Of a stretch of 64,000 bases of DNA, positions 28,236-37,836 are shown in pieces (the stretch's first letter is position 1; each line of letters begins with the position of its first letter). A program made the position numbers and the translations under genes. Source of the DNA: Candidatus Versatilivorator sp. (GTDB lineage Bacteria; Acidobacteriota; Terriglobia; Versatilivoradales; Versatilivoraceae). Location of the stretch: the NCBI GenBank assembly GCA_965198125.1, contig CBDAOQ010000003.1, forward strand, positions 4,554,541 through 4,618,540, written 5' to 3'. The notes beneath the pieces are model-generated. The model did not search any database and was not told the DNA's origin. It saw nothing but the letters and a program-made list of their open reading frames with translations.

Positions 28236-28455
28236 CCGCCCACGTCCATAGAAGTCAAGAAGTTCCATTAATCACCTTATTATCAGATACTTATAATTCC
28301 GAATAATATTGTCTCATGTAAGGGTCTGAACCGTTACCGGAGCTGCTATTGGGGTATTCCGTGCCGTCCTGGCAAGAGATTTGGTGGAATCGCTGCTGTA
28401 TCCTGTGAATGGTATAGACTTCTATGAGGTGACGTCCGGCTAAAGTACAAAGAGC

Positions 28456-29238
28456 TTAAGTCGCTTGAGCAACGAAGAAACAGTAATCGCCCAGACCGCG
28501 ATCTGCGCTAGCGCGAACTTCCCACCAAAGGCCCGAGTCCAGGTCTGCCCGCAGTTTTACGAGACCCTCTTCAATCTCCGGGCCCCTGTGTTCCCTGAAG
28601 GCCGAGATGCCGTTGCGGAATCCCGGATCGAAGTAAAGTTCCGGGCGGTCCTTGCCAGCATAAAGAAACAGATCCGAGAGATCAGACGGCACGTCCCACG
28701 TTTCGAAGCCGACAAGGCAAAAGCCCGCGGCGGACAAGGCATGTTCCACTGTTTCTCGGGTGGGGAGCACACGCCTTGCGGCTGCCATCATGGTCGGGAA
28801 GTATGACGCCAACCAATAGGCTTCGCCCTGCTCTGGCAGTGCGGAAAAGATGACGTAGCGGCCTCGTTCAGCGAGCGCACGCCGGACATCGGCAAAGACC
28901 CGCTCCAGGTCAGCCATGTGGTGTATCGCAAGGGTGGTGACGGCGTGAGCATGGGAACTGTCGGCGAATGGCAGCGCCGCACCGTCGGCGAGCACCAGGG
29001 GACAGGCCACTTTCTTGGCTCGGGCTTGGGCGAGCATGCCCCAGGACCGATCCACTCCGACCATGACCAGTCCACGGTCCGAAAGGGCAGATGTGTAGTT
29101 GGCAGTGCCGCAGGCTACGTCCATTACCGGTGCACCGCGAGACGCATCCAGCAACTCGACGAGGCGGTCGGCGATGCCCGGGTCGGCACGGCGCGTTGCG
29201 TCGTAGGTAGTGCCGATGAAGTCATATTTTGCAGTCAT
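28456..29238 (-). CDS. Class I SAM-dependent methyltransferase
   Basis: MDVACGTANY, GVDRS..ML, DGAALPF, AIHH. Start at MTAKYD inferred. Confidence 0.88.
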   Translation of the reverse strand: MTAKYDFIGTTYDATRRADPGIADRLVELLDASRGAPVMDVACGTANYTSALSDRGLVMVGVDRSWGMLAQARAKKVACPLVLADGAALPFADSSHAHAVTTLAIHHMADLERVFADVRRALAERGRYVIFSALPEQGEAYWLASYFPTMMAAARRVLPTRETVEHALSAAGFCLVGFETWDVPSDLSDLFLYAGKDRPELYFDPGFRNGISAFREHRGPEIEEGLVKLRADLDSGLWWEVRASADRGLGDYCFFVAQAT

Positions 29239-29397
29239 GTCTATCTCTATCTTGGCGCCATCGGGGAATCTCAAGTGTAGAAGTTGCGACCTGATCTGAT
29301 ACCGGCTTGAAGAAGCGTGGGTTACCGGTTTTGATGGAGGTGTCAGGCATTCAATCAATACCAAAAAAGCCGTCACCTCCGATCACTATTACAGAGA

Positions 29398-29634
29398 CAC
29401 GACTGTCCGGTTAAAACTCGCACAATATCAACTGCTTACAAGATTGGGAACCTTCTTGTTGCCAATGGAATCTCTTAAGTACTTGATCCGTAGAGACTTT
29501 TTCGAAGAGAGTGATGCTGAGAATTTGCAGGATTTCGCCGAGACTTCGGTCGATTTTAAGTTCCTTTTTGCTCGTAACTTGATGGAATTAAACCTGTTAC
29601 ACTAACGTCGTGAATGTTTAACGGGACAGTAGTG
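29398..29634. mobile_element. 237-bp MITE-like element
   Basis: 18-bp imperfect TIRs CACGACTGTCCGGTTAAA / TTTAACGGGACAGTAGTG; AT-rich non-coding interior; no clear TSD. Confidence 0.6.
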
Positions 29635-29652
29635 ATTTAAAATCAAATATTT

Positions 29653-30197
29653 GAGCCTTTTGCAAAATTCCCGCTGCTAAGGAATAAGTATTGCAAAGGC
29701 TCGGATGATCCTCGGCTCAACAGCATTGAGCCGAGATATCTCATCAGTGAGAACCATGGTCTGGCTAGCCCTCCCGGCCATCCTCACCGCCGCCAGGCGT
29801 GTCCGGTTGTTTCACGAAGACGCGAGAGTAATTGAACGGGGGAAGGGCCGCGCGTTTGGCCAAACTAGAATGTTCCATAGGGCAAAATCTTTCAGTTTTA
29901 CAAGCTGCTTGAGGCTCCCATAAGCTGCAAGGAAGCGGGGATGGGGCTGATGGTGGAACAGTTGATGCGCCTGACGCTATAAGCAGGTCCCGTTGGATCC
30001 CGGACAATGCAGGATGAGCACCCGCCCGTAGGGCAGGGACGAAGTAAGCTGTGCCTGCGCCCGGCCTCTGTCTGTGATCCGGCCTTCAGATCCGGACATT
30101 TCCGTTCAAAAGTGTCTTTGCTGTCGGGTAATCACGGGCAGAACATCATGTTAGCCAGCAAAATGTCATGCCCCATTACGAATTTTGCAAAAGGGTC
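29653..30197. mobile_element. 545-bp non-autonomous IS5/IS1182-like element
   Basis: TIRs GAGCCTTTTGCAAAATTC / GAATTTTGCAAAAGGGTC, flanked by ATTT on both sides. Confidence 0.75.
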
Positions 30198-30201
30198 ATT
30201 T

Positions 30202-30365
30202 GAGCCTTTTGCAAAATTCGGAGTCGGGCATGAGATGGGGGCAGAATGCTCCTGCAAAATAACGCCCTCGAAAGGGATCTGCACCTGGCTAGCCATGGGT
30301 TTCCCAGGGACAACAACTCTTCCCGACAATAAATTCCGCTTCCTAGCGAATTTTGCAAAAGGCTC
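30202..30365. mobile_element. 164-bp MITE (copy 1)
   Basis: Perfect 19-bp TIR GAGCCTTTTGCAAAATTCG; 4-bp TSD ATTT; near-identical inverted copy at 39559-39722. Confidence 0.9.
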
Positions 30366-30555
30366 ATTTATGAGATTTTTGTAGTAGCGGTCGCGCCCAC
30401 CACGTCCTGCCATCCTCCGTGAATTCCTGGCACCTGTTGAATGGAAGCGTCCACAACGATCTCCCCACTGGACTCCCCACTGGCGTGAAGCTCCCTTCTC
30501 AGCCAAATTTAGCGTAGCGCAGGGTACTTCTCCGAGTGCGTGTTGATCCGGGCCC

Positions 30556-30705
30556 GCCCTGCGGTGCCGATCATTCGAGGAAAAACGACCAATCGTTAAT
30601 GAAGATGAACCACCAATGAACACGAAAAGACACGGAGACAGACGAACCTCCTTCAACGACAAGCAGTACCAAGATGCTTCTGAAATTTCTTGACCTTGGT
30701 GTGAC
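30556..30705. repeat. ~150-bp dispersed repeat with a CACGAA triad (second copy ~39320-39480)
   Basis: GCCCTGC..TTCGAGG..CCAATCGT..GAACCAC..ACCTCCTTCAACGACAA..ATGCTTCTG..ACCTTGGT shared by both. Confidence 0.75.
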
Positions 30706-30740
30706 GATCTCATGGGATGAAGGCTTCCCGGGAGCGCGGG

Positions 30741-31545
30741 ATCACTCTCTCCTGGAGGGAGAGTCGCAGAAGCTGAGCCGCCAGGCGACGGCTGATACGG
30801 CGGGGGGATGGAAGCGGCCCGTCGCCCGGGGATCATTTTTTTCCATTATTAACATCGATAGACAGGATGGACAGGATAAACGGGACGAGAGCTTGCTGCA
30901 CAAGAAGCCGGCTCGGCCGATGATCCGGTGCGGGCTTGCGGATGCCCGGGATTACAAGACGCCGGACTTCTGAAACAAAATCCTGTAAATCCTGTGCATC
31001 GATGTGAATTATCCATTTGAACGATGCCCAGGATTAAAGGACGCCGGACTCCCAAGGACCATCCTGAATATCCTGTCCATCCATGTGAACTATCCCCGTA
31101 AAGCACAAGGCGGGGAGGGCTCAGCCAACTCGACGGTGGGCTCCGCGCTTGTCTGGATCACCTGCCTGACGATCTTGCTGGTTCCCTTCCCCCCCACCGG
31201 CTCGACTGCGGGCTCCACCCGCATCTCGCCGACTCCCCCTCCAGGGGGGAGTGATTCTTGAGGCCTGCAAATGGCTGCTTGCTGGATTCCTTGGCAAGGT
31301 GTAAACCCTGTTCCCGGTTTATGGTGTAAAGGATGTTCCCGGTCTGCATCCCAGACCGGAGGCGGCGGCGGAAGCATGGACAGGTTCAGGATGCGGGCGG
31401 GACGCCCGCGCTCCCAGGCCAATCACTACCCCCCTGGAGGGGGAATCGCAGAAGGCCGAGCCGCCCGGCGAAGGCTGATGCGGTGAGGGGGAGCCGGGCC
31501 GCGAGGCCGTGGCCGTGGACAGGCCGATCCCCTGGCGCCGGCTGA
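30741..31545. repeat. Mosaic REP/repeat field
   Basis: Contains CTCCCCCTxGAGGGGGAG copies, ACAGGAT arms (30851-31088), an IS481-like end (31299-31348) and a GCGGGCGGGACGCCCGC REP (31392). No credible ORF. Confidence 0.75.
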
Positions 31546-31628
31546 GCCCCCTCCATCTCCAATGGATGACGAACAGGAGAACGGTTATAATCTTCCGGAT
31601 GTAGTCCCCACCGTGGACGAGGAACACC

Positions 31629-32990
31629 GTGAAACAGAAACTGGCCATTCTGGGCGGCAATCCTGCCATGCCGGAGGGGATCGAACGGGCCCGTTGGCCG
31701 CGCTACAGTCAACCGGAACTCGATGAGCTATGCCGGGTCCTGAGAGAGGAGCAGCTCGGCGGATGCGACGCGCCCCAGATCGCCGCACTGGAGCGGGAGT
31801 GGGCCCGGCGCATGGGCGCCCCCTACTGTTGTGCCGTCGGCTCCGGCTCCGATGCTCTGCACATGGCGCTGTGGGCTGCCGGCGTCGGTCCCGGCGATGA
31901 GGTCCTGGTGCCGGCCTATACCTTCCTCTCGGGGGCGCTCACCGTTCTCCATCAAGGGGCGGTGCCCGTGTTCGTGGATGTTCAGCCCGACTCCTGCAAC
32001 ATGGACCCCGCCCAGATCGAGCGCCACATCACCTCCAGAACCAAAGCCATCCTGCCGGTCCACCTGTCGGGGCTTCCGGCCGATATGGACGAGATCAACG
32101 CCGTCGCCCGCCAACACGGCCTGGCCGTTATTGAGGACGCGGCCCACGCTCCCGGGGCAACCTACAAGGGCCGGATGGTCGGAAACCTGGGAGATGCCGC
32201 CGCATTCAGCATCAACGCCATGAAGAATCTCCCCGCGGGCGAAGCCGGAATTTTCAGCACCCGCCACCGGCACTTTATCGAGCGGGTGGACGGCCTTTGG
32301 CTGCGGGTCCGTTTTCACCAGGCTCGGGAGGAGCAAAAGTACCCGTTGGCGACCCTGGGCCACAACTATCGCTGCAGTGTGGTCTCGGCTGCCCTGGCCC
32401 GAGGCCAGTTGGCGCGGCTCGACGACCTGAACGGCGAAAGGCAATCCCTGTGCGAACGCCTGACGCAACAGATCCAAGAATTGCCGGGGGTGATCCCGCC
32501 GCGTGTTCCTCCCGACCGGAGCCACGCTTACCACCTCTATCGAGTGCGCTTCGACCCTCTGGCAGCCGGCCTGGACCTGACCCCTTCCGAGTTCCGCGCC
32601 AAGGTGGTGGCGGCCCTGGGAGCGGAGGGAGTGCTCTGCCGCTCCTGGATGAACTGGACCATTCCCTCGTTGCCCCTCTTTACCCGTCCGGAGGAGTTTG
32701 AGGCCAACCATCCCTGGCGGCGTCCCTGGTCCGCCGATCGTGTCTACGACCCCCGGGACTACCCGGAGGCCAGCCGGGTGGTGACGGAGACGTCGCTGGT
32801 CATGGAAGCGCCCACCGCGGCCAGCCGGCAGATCATCGATTTCATGGCCGAGGGGTTTCGCAAGGTCTTCTCCCAGATCGACGAGGTGGCCAAGCTGCAA
32901 CTGCCGGGCCAACTGCTGGACGGCGGGGCGGCCAACCTCGACGAGATCCGGCGCTGGTTGGGCCCTGCCCTGCCGGTGCAGCCGACCTGA
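31629..32990 (+). CDS. DegT/DnrJ/EryC1/StrS PLP aminotransferase
   Basis: SGSDAL, GPGDEVLVP, PVHLSG, IEDAAHAPG, FSINAMKNLPAGE (PLP Lys). Confidence 0.9.
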   Translation: MKQKLAILGGNPAMPEGIERARWPRYSQPELDELCRVLREEQLGGCDAPQIAALEREWARRMGAPYCCAVGSGSDALHMALWAAGVGPGDEVLVPAYTFLSGALTVLHQGAVPVFVDVQPDSCNMDPAQIERHITSRTKAILPVHLSGLPADMDEINAVARQHGLAVIEDAAHAPGATYKGRMVGNLGDAAAFSINAMKNLPAGEAGIFSTRHRHFIERVDGLWLRVRFHQAREEQKYPLATLGHNYRCSVVSAALARGQLARLDDLNGERQSLCERLTQQIQELPGVIPPRVPPDRSHAYHLYRVRFDPLAAGLDLTPSEFRAKVVAALGAEGVLCRSWMNWTIPSLPLFTRPEEFEANHPWRRPWSADRVYDPRDYPEASRVVTETSLVMEAPTAASRQIIDFMAEGFRKVFSQIDEVAKLQLPGQLLDGGAANLDEIRRWLGPALPVQPT

Positions 32991-33004
32991 GGGCTCAGGT
33001 ATCC

Positions 33005-34126
33005 GTGGCGAAATCTCTGCGAGTCGGAATCATCGGAACCGGTCGGGCCGGCCGTTGCCAGGCCAGGGCTTTTTCACGCCTCCCCGGCGTCAGCGTGACC
33101 GCACTCTGGAACCGCACCCGCACCAAGGCGGAGAGTCTGGCGGCTGCGCTGAAGTCCCCGGGACTGCATGTATTCGACGACTGGCGCCGTCTGATCGACA
33201 AGAGCCCGGTCGACATCATCAGCATCGCCACCGATCCTGTTCTCCGTCTGGAGCCCTTTGCCTACGCCCTCGCCAAACGGCGCCACGTTCTGGTGGAAAA
33301 GCCGCTTGCCTGGGGTTTGCCGGAAGCCGAGGCCATGGCGAAGGCCGCCCGCCAAGCGGAGACGGTCACGGCCATCAGCTTCAACTGGCGCTATTCTCCG
33401 GCCTGTCTCACCCTGTGGCGCGCCCTCCGGGAGGGCCAGATCGGCAAACTGCTCGACCTCCAGACCGAGTGGCGACTCTGCTTCAGCCCCGGCCCAAGGC
33501 CCTGGACGGCCAACAGCGGCGTGCTCCGGGAGACGGGCAGCCACGAATTCGATCGGGCCTGCCACCTGACCGGCTGGCGATTCCGGCGCCTGGCCTGCTC
33601 ACTGAGGTCGGCCCCCTCCTCCCAGGATACGGCTCAATCCGGGCGGAAGGCGCCGGAAACCTTTGCTTCGGTGCTGGCGGAGATGTCGGATCGGGCCGTA
33701 GGCAACTTTCGCTTGCTGATCACGCCGGGTGAGCCGGAACGAAGTATCGTCCTCGGCGGGGTGGAGGGGACGCTGACCTTGACCAGCCAATGGGTCACCG
33801 TGACACGGGACCAGGACAGCCAGCGACGGATGAGGCTGTGCAACGAGCTGCAGGTGGTCAGGCAACGGCCCCAGGATAAAGATCCGGTCGTTCTGCAAGT
33901 GGCCGACTCGGACCGCCAACCTGCCGGGGTTCTTTCGGGGCAGCATACCTGGAACCGGCTGATTGCCGATTTCGTGTCGGCCGTCCGCAATGAAGACCGG
34001 CGGCACCACAGCGTGCCTCACCTGCCCCATATCTCAGACGGCCTGGCGGCGCAGCGTTTGATCCAGGCCTGCGAGCTCTCCCACGCCGAAGGGCGGTGGA
34101 TCGAGCTGTCCCCTCCGGATCCTTGA
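33005..34126 (+). CDS. Gfo/Idh/MocA NAD(P)-dependent oxidoreductase
   Basis: VGIIGTG, HVLVEKP, FNWRY, ETGSHEFD. Confidence 0.88.
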   Translation: MAKSLRVGIIGTGRAGRCQARAFSRLPGVSVTALWNRTRTKAESLAAALKSPGLHVFDDWRRLIDKSPVDIISIATDPVLRLEPFAYALAKRRHVLVEKPLAWGLPEAEAMAKAARQAETVTAISFNWRYSPACLTLWRALREGQIGKLLDLQTEWRLCFSPGPRPWTANSGVLRETGSHEFDRACHLTGWRFRRLACSLRSAPSSQDTAQSGRKAPETFASVLAEMSDRAVGNFRLLITPGEPERSIVLGGVEGTLTLTSQWVTVTRDQDSQRRMRLCNELQVVRQRPQDKDPVVLQVADSDRQPAGVLSGQHTWNRLIADFVSAVRNEDRRHHSVPHLPHISDGLAAQRLIQACELSHAEGRWIELSPPDP

Positions 34127-34366
34127 CCTGACTGTGCCCGCGGGTAAGAACCCTGGAGGAGCACCCCCGGGCAATTGCTGCAAGCGGGCGGCTGCGTCTG
34201 CACGGCCACCGATGGGTCCGGTGCGGCAAGCCATGGATCGCCAGCCGGATAGAGTGAGTTCCGGGGGCGCGTTTTGGTTGGATTCTCCCGGGCCGGTTTG
34301 CCCGACCTGAGACACCTGCATCTCCGGGAAGGCTTGTCGCGGGCTGGGGGCAGAGGAGCCTGGCTG

Positions 34367-37300
34367 ATGTGGATTCGCTTGGGATTGGCGCTTTCGTTAC
34401 TATCGCTTCCGGCGTGGGGGTCTGCCGGGGAGGAGACCGGTCGAGAATTCTTCGAGAAAAGAATCCGTCCGGTTTTGGCCACTCACTGCGCCTCCTGCCA
34501 CGGGCCGGATAGACAGGAATCGGGGCTCCGCCTGGATACCCGGTCCTCCATGCTGAAGGGCGGCAGATCGGGGCCGGTGGTGAAGCCCGGCCAACCGCTC
34601 CAAAGTCGACTCTACCAGGCCGTCACCTATCGGAACCCGCAGTTGAAGATGCCGCCGCCGGGCCGTCTTCCGCCATCGGTTATTGAGGACCTCCGGATCT
34701 GGATTGAAGCGGGAGCTGCCTGGCCCCAGTCGGAGCCGGCCCCAATTCCCGGAACATTTCCCGAAGCGTTCGACCTTGCAGCCCGCAAGCAGCGATACCC
34801 CTGGATCTGGGAGACCCCGCGAAGCCAACCGGCGCCCTCCACCCGGAACACCCGCTGGTCCCGGGATCCCATCGACCGGTTTCTGCTGGTCAAACTGGAG
34901 CAAAAAGGCCTGCGCCCCGCCCCACCCGTGGACCACCGCACCTGGCTGCGCCGGGTTTCCTATGCCTTGACGGGCTTGCCTCCCACGCCGGAGGAGCTCC
35001 GGCGGTTCGTCAACGACGAACGACCTGCAGCCCATGCCCAGCAGCTGGATCGACTTCTGGCCTCGCCCCGTTTCGGCGAACGCTGGGCCCGGCATTGGAT
35101 GGACCTGGTGCACTACGCCGAATCGCGCGGTCATGAAACCGACTTTCTCATCGCCAACGCCTTCCAGTATCGCGACTACCTCATCCGGGCCTTCAACCAC
35201 GATATTCCCTACCCGCAACTGGTCGCAGAGCACCTCGCGGGCGACCTGCTGCCGGCTCCCCGTCTGGATCCGGCCACCGGCGCCAATGAATCGGTCCTTG
35301 CCACCGGGTGGCCCTTCTTCGGTGAGGAGGAGGATTCCCCGGTTGACCTGCGCCAAGACGAAATCGAACGTCTCGACAACCGCATCGATGTGTTGAGCAA
35401 GACCTTCCTTGGATTGACGGTATCCTGCGCCCGCTGCCATGACCACAAGTTCGACGCCATTTCGCAGCGGGATTACTATGCGCTGTTCGGTTTCCTGCTG
35501 AGCTCCAGCTACCGACAGGTGCGCTTTCAATCCATGGAGCACAACCGGCAGGTGGCTCTCGAGTTGCATGCCCTCGCCGGAGCCTACCGCTCCCGGGTTC
35601 TCAAGACGGTGGGGCAGGCCCAGAAGCCGCATTTGCAACAAACGGCAGCCTACCTCATGGCAGTCCGCCAACTGATCGAAGCCGAAAGGGAAACCGGATG
35701 CCGCTTCGACGACGGCGGTTCGCTGCTGGAGTCGGTAGCCTGGCCCAGGCGCCTCGAGGTGAGGCTCTTGAGGCATTGGGCCGAAGCCGTCAAGAGCGCC
35801 CTGGGAAACCCGGCCGACCCGCTGCATCCCATTGCCCGGGTGGTTCAGGATTGGGACCCCGGCGACCCTCAGGGCGTTTCAGCCGTCCTTAAGGAGGTGT
35901 TCGATCCCTGGAGAATGCAACCCAGCCTGAAGGAGGCCTTGCAGGCATCGGGCGCTCGGATCATCCTGGATTATTCGAAGTTGGGCCCGGGCGACTGGCG
36001 GGTGGACGGACCTGGCTTTGGCAGCGCTTCTCGAAGGGCCGGGGAGGTGCGGCTGGGGAGGCGCTTGACCTCTCCCATCTCCCGTGTATTCCACCATGGA
36101 GGCGCCCATAAGGACCCGGTCTGGGACGTCCTGAAGCTGTTGCCGGGAACCGAACGGGATCCCGAGCGCCTCCGGAACTGGGTGCGTGCCGGCCGCTCCC
36201 TGCGCACGCCTACCTTTACCCTGAAGACAGGCAAGCTCTACTATCTGGCCAGGGGAACGGGCCGGGTCTACGCCACCGTCGACTCCTACACCCTGCAGGA
36301 AGGCCCTCTCTACGGGGAGCTGGCTCGCCGCTGGAAAGACGTTCCTGAGCTGCGCTGGATCGAGCAGGACCTGACCCATCACCGCGGCCATCGGGTTCAC
36401 CTGGAGTTCAGCCCCGAAGGATCGGATGACCTGGGGATCGCCATGGTCATCGAAGCGGCACGCAAGCCCAATCCCTATGCGCCTCCCAACCACCTCCTGA
36501 TCAGCAGACTGGCAACCTGCCGTTCCCTGCCTTCCCTGGCCCGGGCCTATCAAGAGCTGTTGCTGGAAGCTTCCGAGCGCCTGGCTGGGGACACCATCGC
36601 CGGATCGCCCCAGTCCGCTTCATTTGCCCGGCTGGCCGACTGGCTGGTTCAGCACCCGGAAATCAGCCTGGGTCCACCTTCGGAACGGAAAAAGCGATTT
36701 CAAGCGCTGGACCCATTCTTCTCCAGGCAAAGAGAACTGTTCAGCCGGATTCAAACCGCCTCCGCCACCGCCCCTGCCCTGCTGGACGGCAATGGAATCG
36801 ACCAGCCCCTGCTGCATCGGGGACAGGTCCTTCAGGAGGGTCCCCGAGTCCCCCGGAGATTCCTGGAATCCGTCGCCGGACCCGAACCGCTGGCGTCCCG
36901 CGGTGGCAGCGGCCGCCTGCAACTGGCCGAAGCCCTGACCGCTCCCTCCAACCCGTTGCTGGCCCGGGTGTGGGTGAACCGGGTCTGGCACCATCTCTTT
37001 GGGCGGGGTATCGTGGCCTCGGTGGACAACTTCGGCTGGTTGGGGGAACGCCCCAGCCACCCGGAGCTGCTGGACCATCTCTCCCACTGGTTCAGGGTAA
37101 AAGCCGAGGGGTCCCTCAAGCAATTGATTCGCAGAATCCTGCTGTCGCAATCCTATCGAATGTCCAGCAAGCCATCCGACCGATCGGCCGCCCGGCTCGA
37201 CCCCGAAAACCGGCTGTTGCATCGCATGAACCTGCGGCGGCTGGAGGGAGAAAGCATCCGGGATGCCGTCCTGGCAATCTCGGGACGTCTCAATCTGCAG

Positions 37301-37789
37301 ATGTCCGGGCCTCCCGTGCAGGTTCACAAAGACGATGTCGTCCTGTTTCGAGGCGCTCCCAAAAAGCTGGGCCCCCCGGACGGAGACGGACGCCGCAGCG
37401 TTTACCTGGCTGCCCGGCGAAACTTTCTGTCCTCGCTGCTGCTGACCTTTGACGCACCCAAACCCTTCGCCACGGTGGGACGGCGCAACGTTTCCAACGT
37501 TCCGGCCCAGTCCCTGGCCCTGATGAATCATCCCTTTTTCCATGAGCAAGCCCGGAGGTGGGCCCGCCGCCTGGAGGAAACGGTTGGCGATCTTTCTCCT
37601 GCCCTGCGTATCCGGCGGATGTACCTGGAGGCCTTTGCCCGGCCTCCCACCCCGGCTGAACTGAACGCCTGCCTGAGATCGCTCGACCGGATGTCACGGC
37701 TGCTGAACCGTCCGCCCCCCGGACTGTCGGCCTGGGAGGCGCTGAGCCACGCCCTTTTCAATGTGAAGGAATTGATCTATATTCGATAG
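34367..37789 (+). CDS. Planctomycete cytochrome c / DUF1549-DUF1553 (PSD1) protein
   Basis: Signal peptide, FFEKRIRPVL, CASCH, PIDRF, GERWARHWMD, CARCHDHKFD, NRVWHHLFGRG, PSHPELLD. Confidence 0.92.
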   Translation: MWIRLGLALSLLSLPAWGSAGEETGREFFEKRIRPVLATHCASCHGPDRQESGLRLDTRSSMLKGGRSGPVVKPGQPLQSRLYQAVTYRNPQLKMPPPGRLPPSVIEDLRIWIEAGAAWPQSEPAPIPGTFPEAFDLAARKQRYPWIWETPRSQPAPSTRNTRWSRDPIDRFLLVKLEQKGLRPAPPVDHRTWLRRVSYALTGLPPTPEELRRFVNDERPAAHAQQLDRLLASPRFGERWARHWMDLVHYAESRGHETDFLIANAFQYRDYLIRAFNHDIPYPQLVAEHLAGDLLPAPRLDPATGANESVLATGWPFFGEEEDSPVDLRQDEIERLDNRIDVLSKTFLGLTVSCARCHDHKFDAISQRDYYALFGFLLSSSYRQVRFQSMEHNRQVALELHALAGAYRSRVLKTVGQAQKPHLQQTAAYLMAVRQLIEAERETGCRFDDGGSLLESVAWPRRLEVRLLRHWAEAVKSALGNPADPLHPIARVVQDWDPGDPQGVSAVLKEVFDPWRMQPSLKEALQASGARIILDYSKLGPGDWRVDGPGFGSASRRAGEVRLGRRLTSPISRVFHHGGAHKDPVWDVLKLLPGTERDPERLRNWVRAGRSLRTPTFTLKTGKLYYLARGTGRVYATVDSYTLQEGPLYGELARRWKDVPELRWIEQDLTHHRGHRVHLEFSPEGSDDLGIAMVIEAARKPNPYAPPNHLLISRLATCRSLPSLARAYQELLLEASERLAGDTIAGSPQSASFARLADWLVQHPEISLGPPSERKKRFQALDPFFSRQRELFSRIQTASATAPALLDGNGIDQPLLHRGQVLQEGPRVPRRFLESVAGPEPLASRGGSGRLQLAEALTAPSNPLLARVWVNRVWHHLFGRGIVASVDNFGWLGERPSHPELLDHLSHWFRVKAEGSLKQLIRRILLSQSYRMSSKPSDRSAARLDPENRLLHRMNLRRLEGESIRDAVLAISGRLNLQMSGPPVQVHKDDVVLFRGAPKKLGPPDGDGRRSVYLAARRNFLSSLLLTFDAPKPFATVGRRNVSNVPAQSLALMNHPFFHEQARRWARRLEETVGDLSPALRIRRMYLEAFARPPTPAELNACLRSLDRMSRLLNRPPPGLSAWEALSHALFNVKELIYIR

Positions 37790-37836
37790 GTTGCCGAACT
37801 GAAATCCAGCCACGACCTGTCGGGGTGAGCCTCTCT

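Larger units (their letters stand above)
28221..30403. mobile_element. Decayed integrative island at tRNA-Val, bounded by a 16-bp att direct repeat
   Basis: CGGTCGCGCCCACCAC at 28221-28236 (tRNA 3' end) and 30388-30403; AT-rich interior segments; no integrase. Confidence 0.75.

Noticed and set aside
29705-31600. Short ORFs in the repeat field
   Set aside because: They translate MITE/REP sequence; near-identical peptides recur at 39463-39861.
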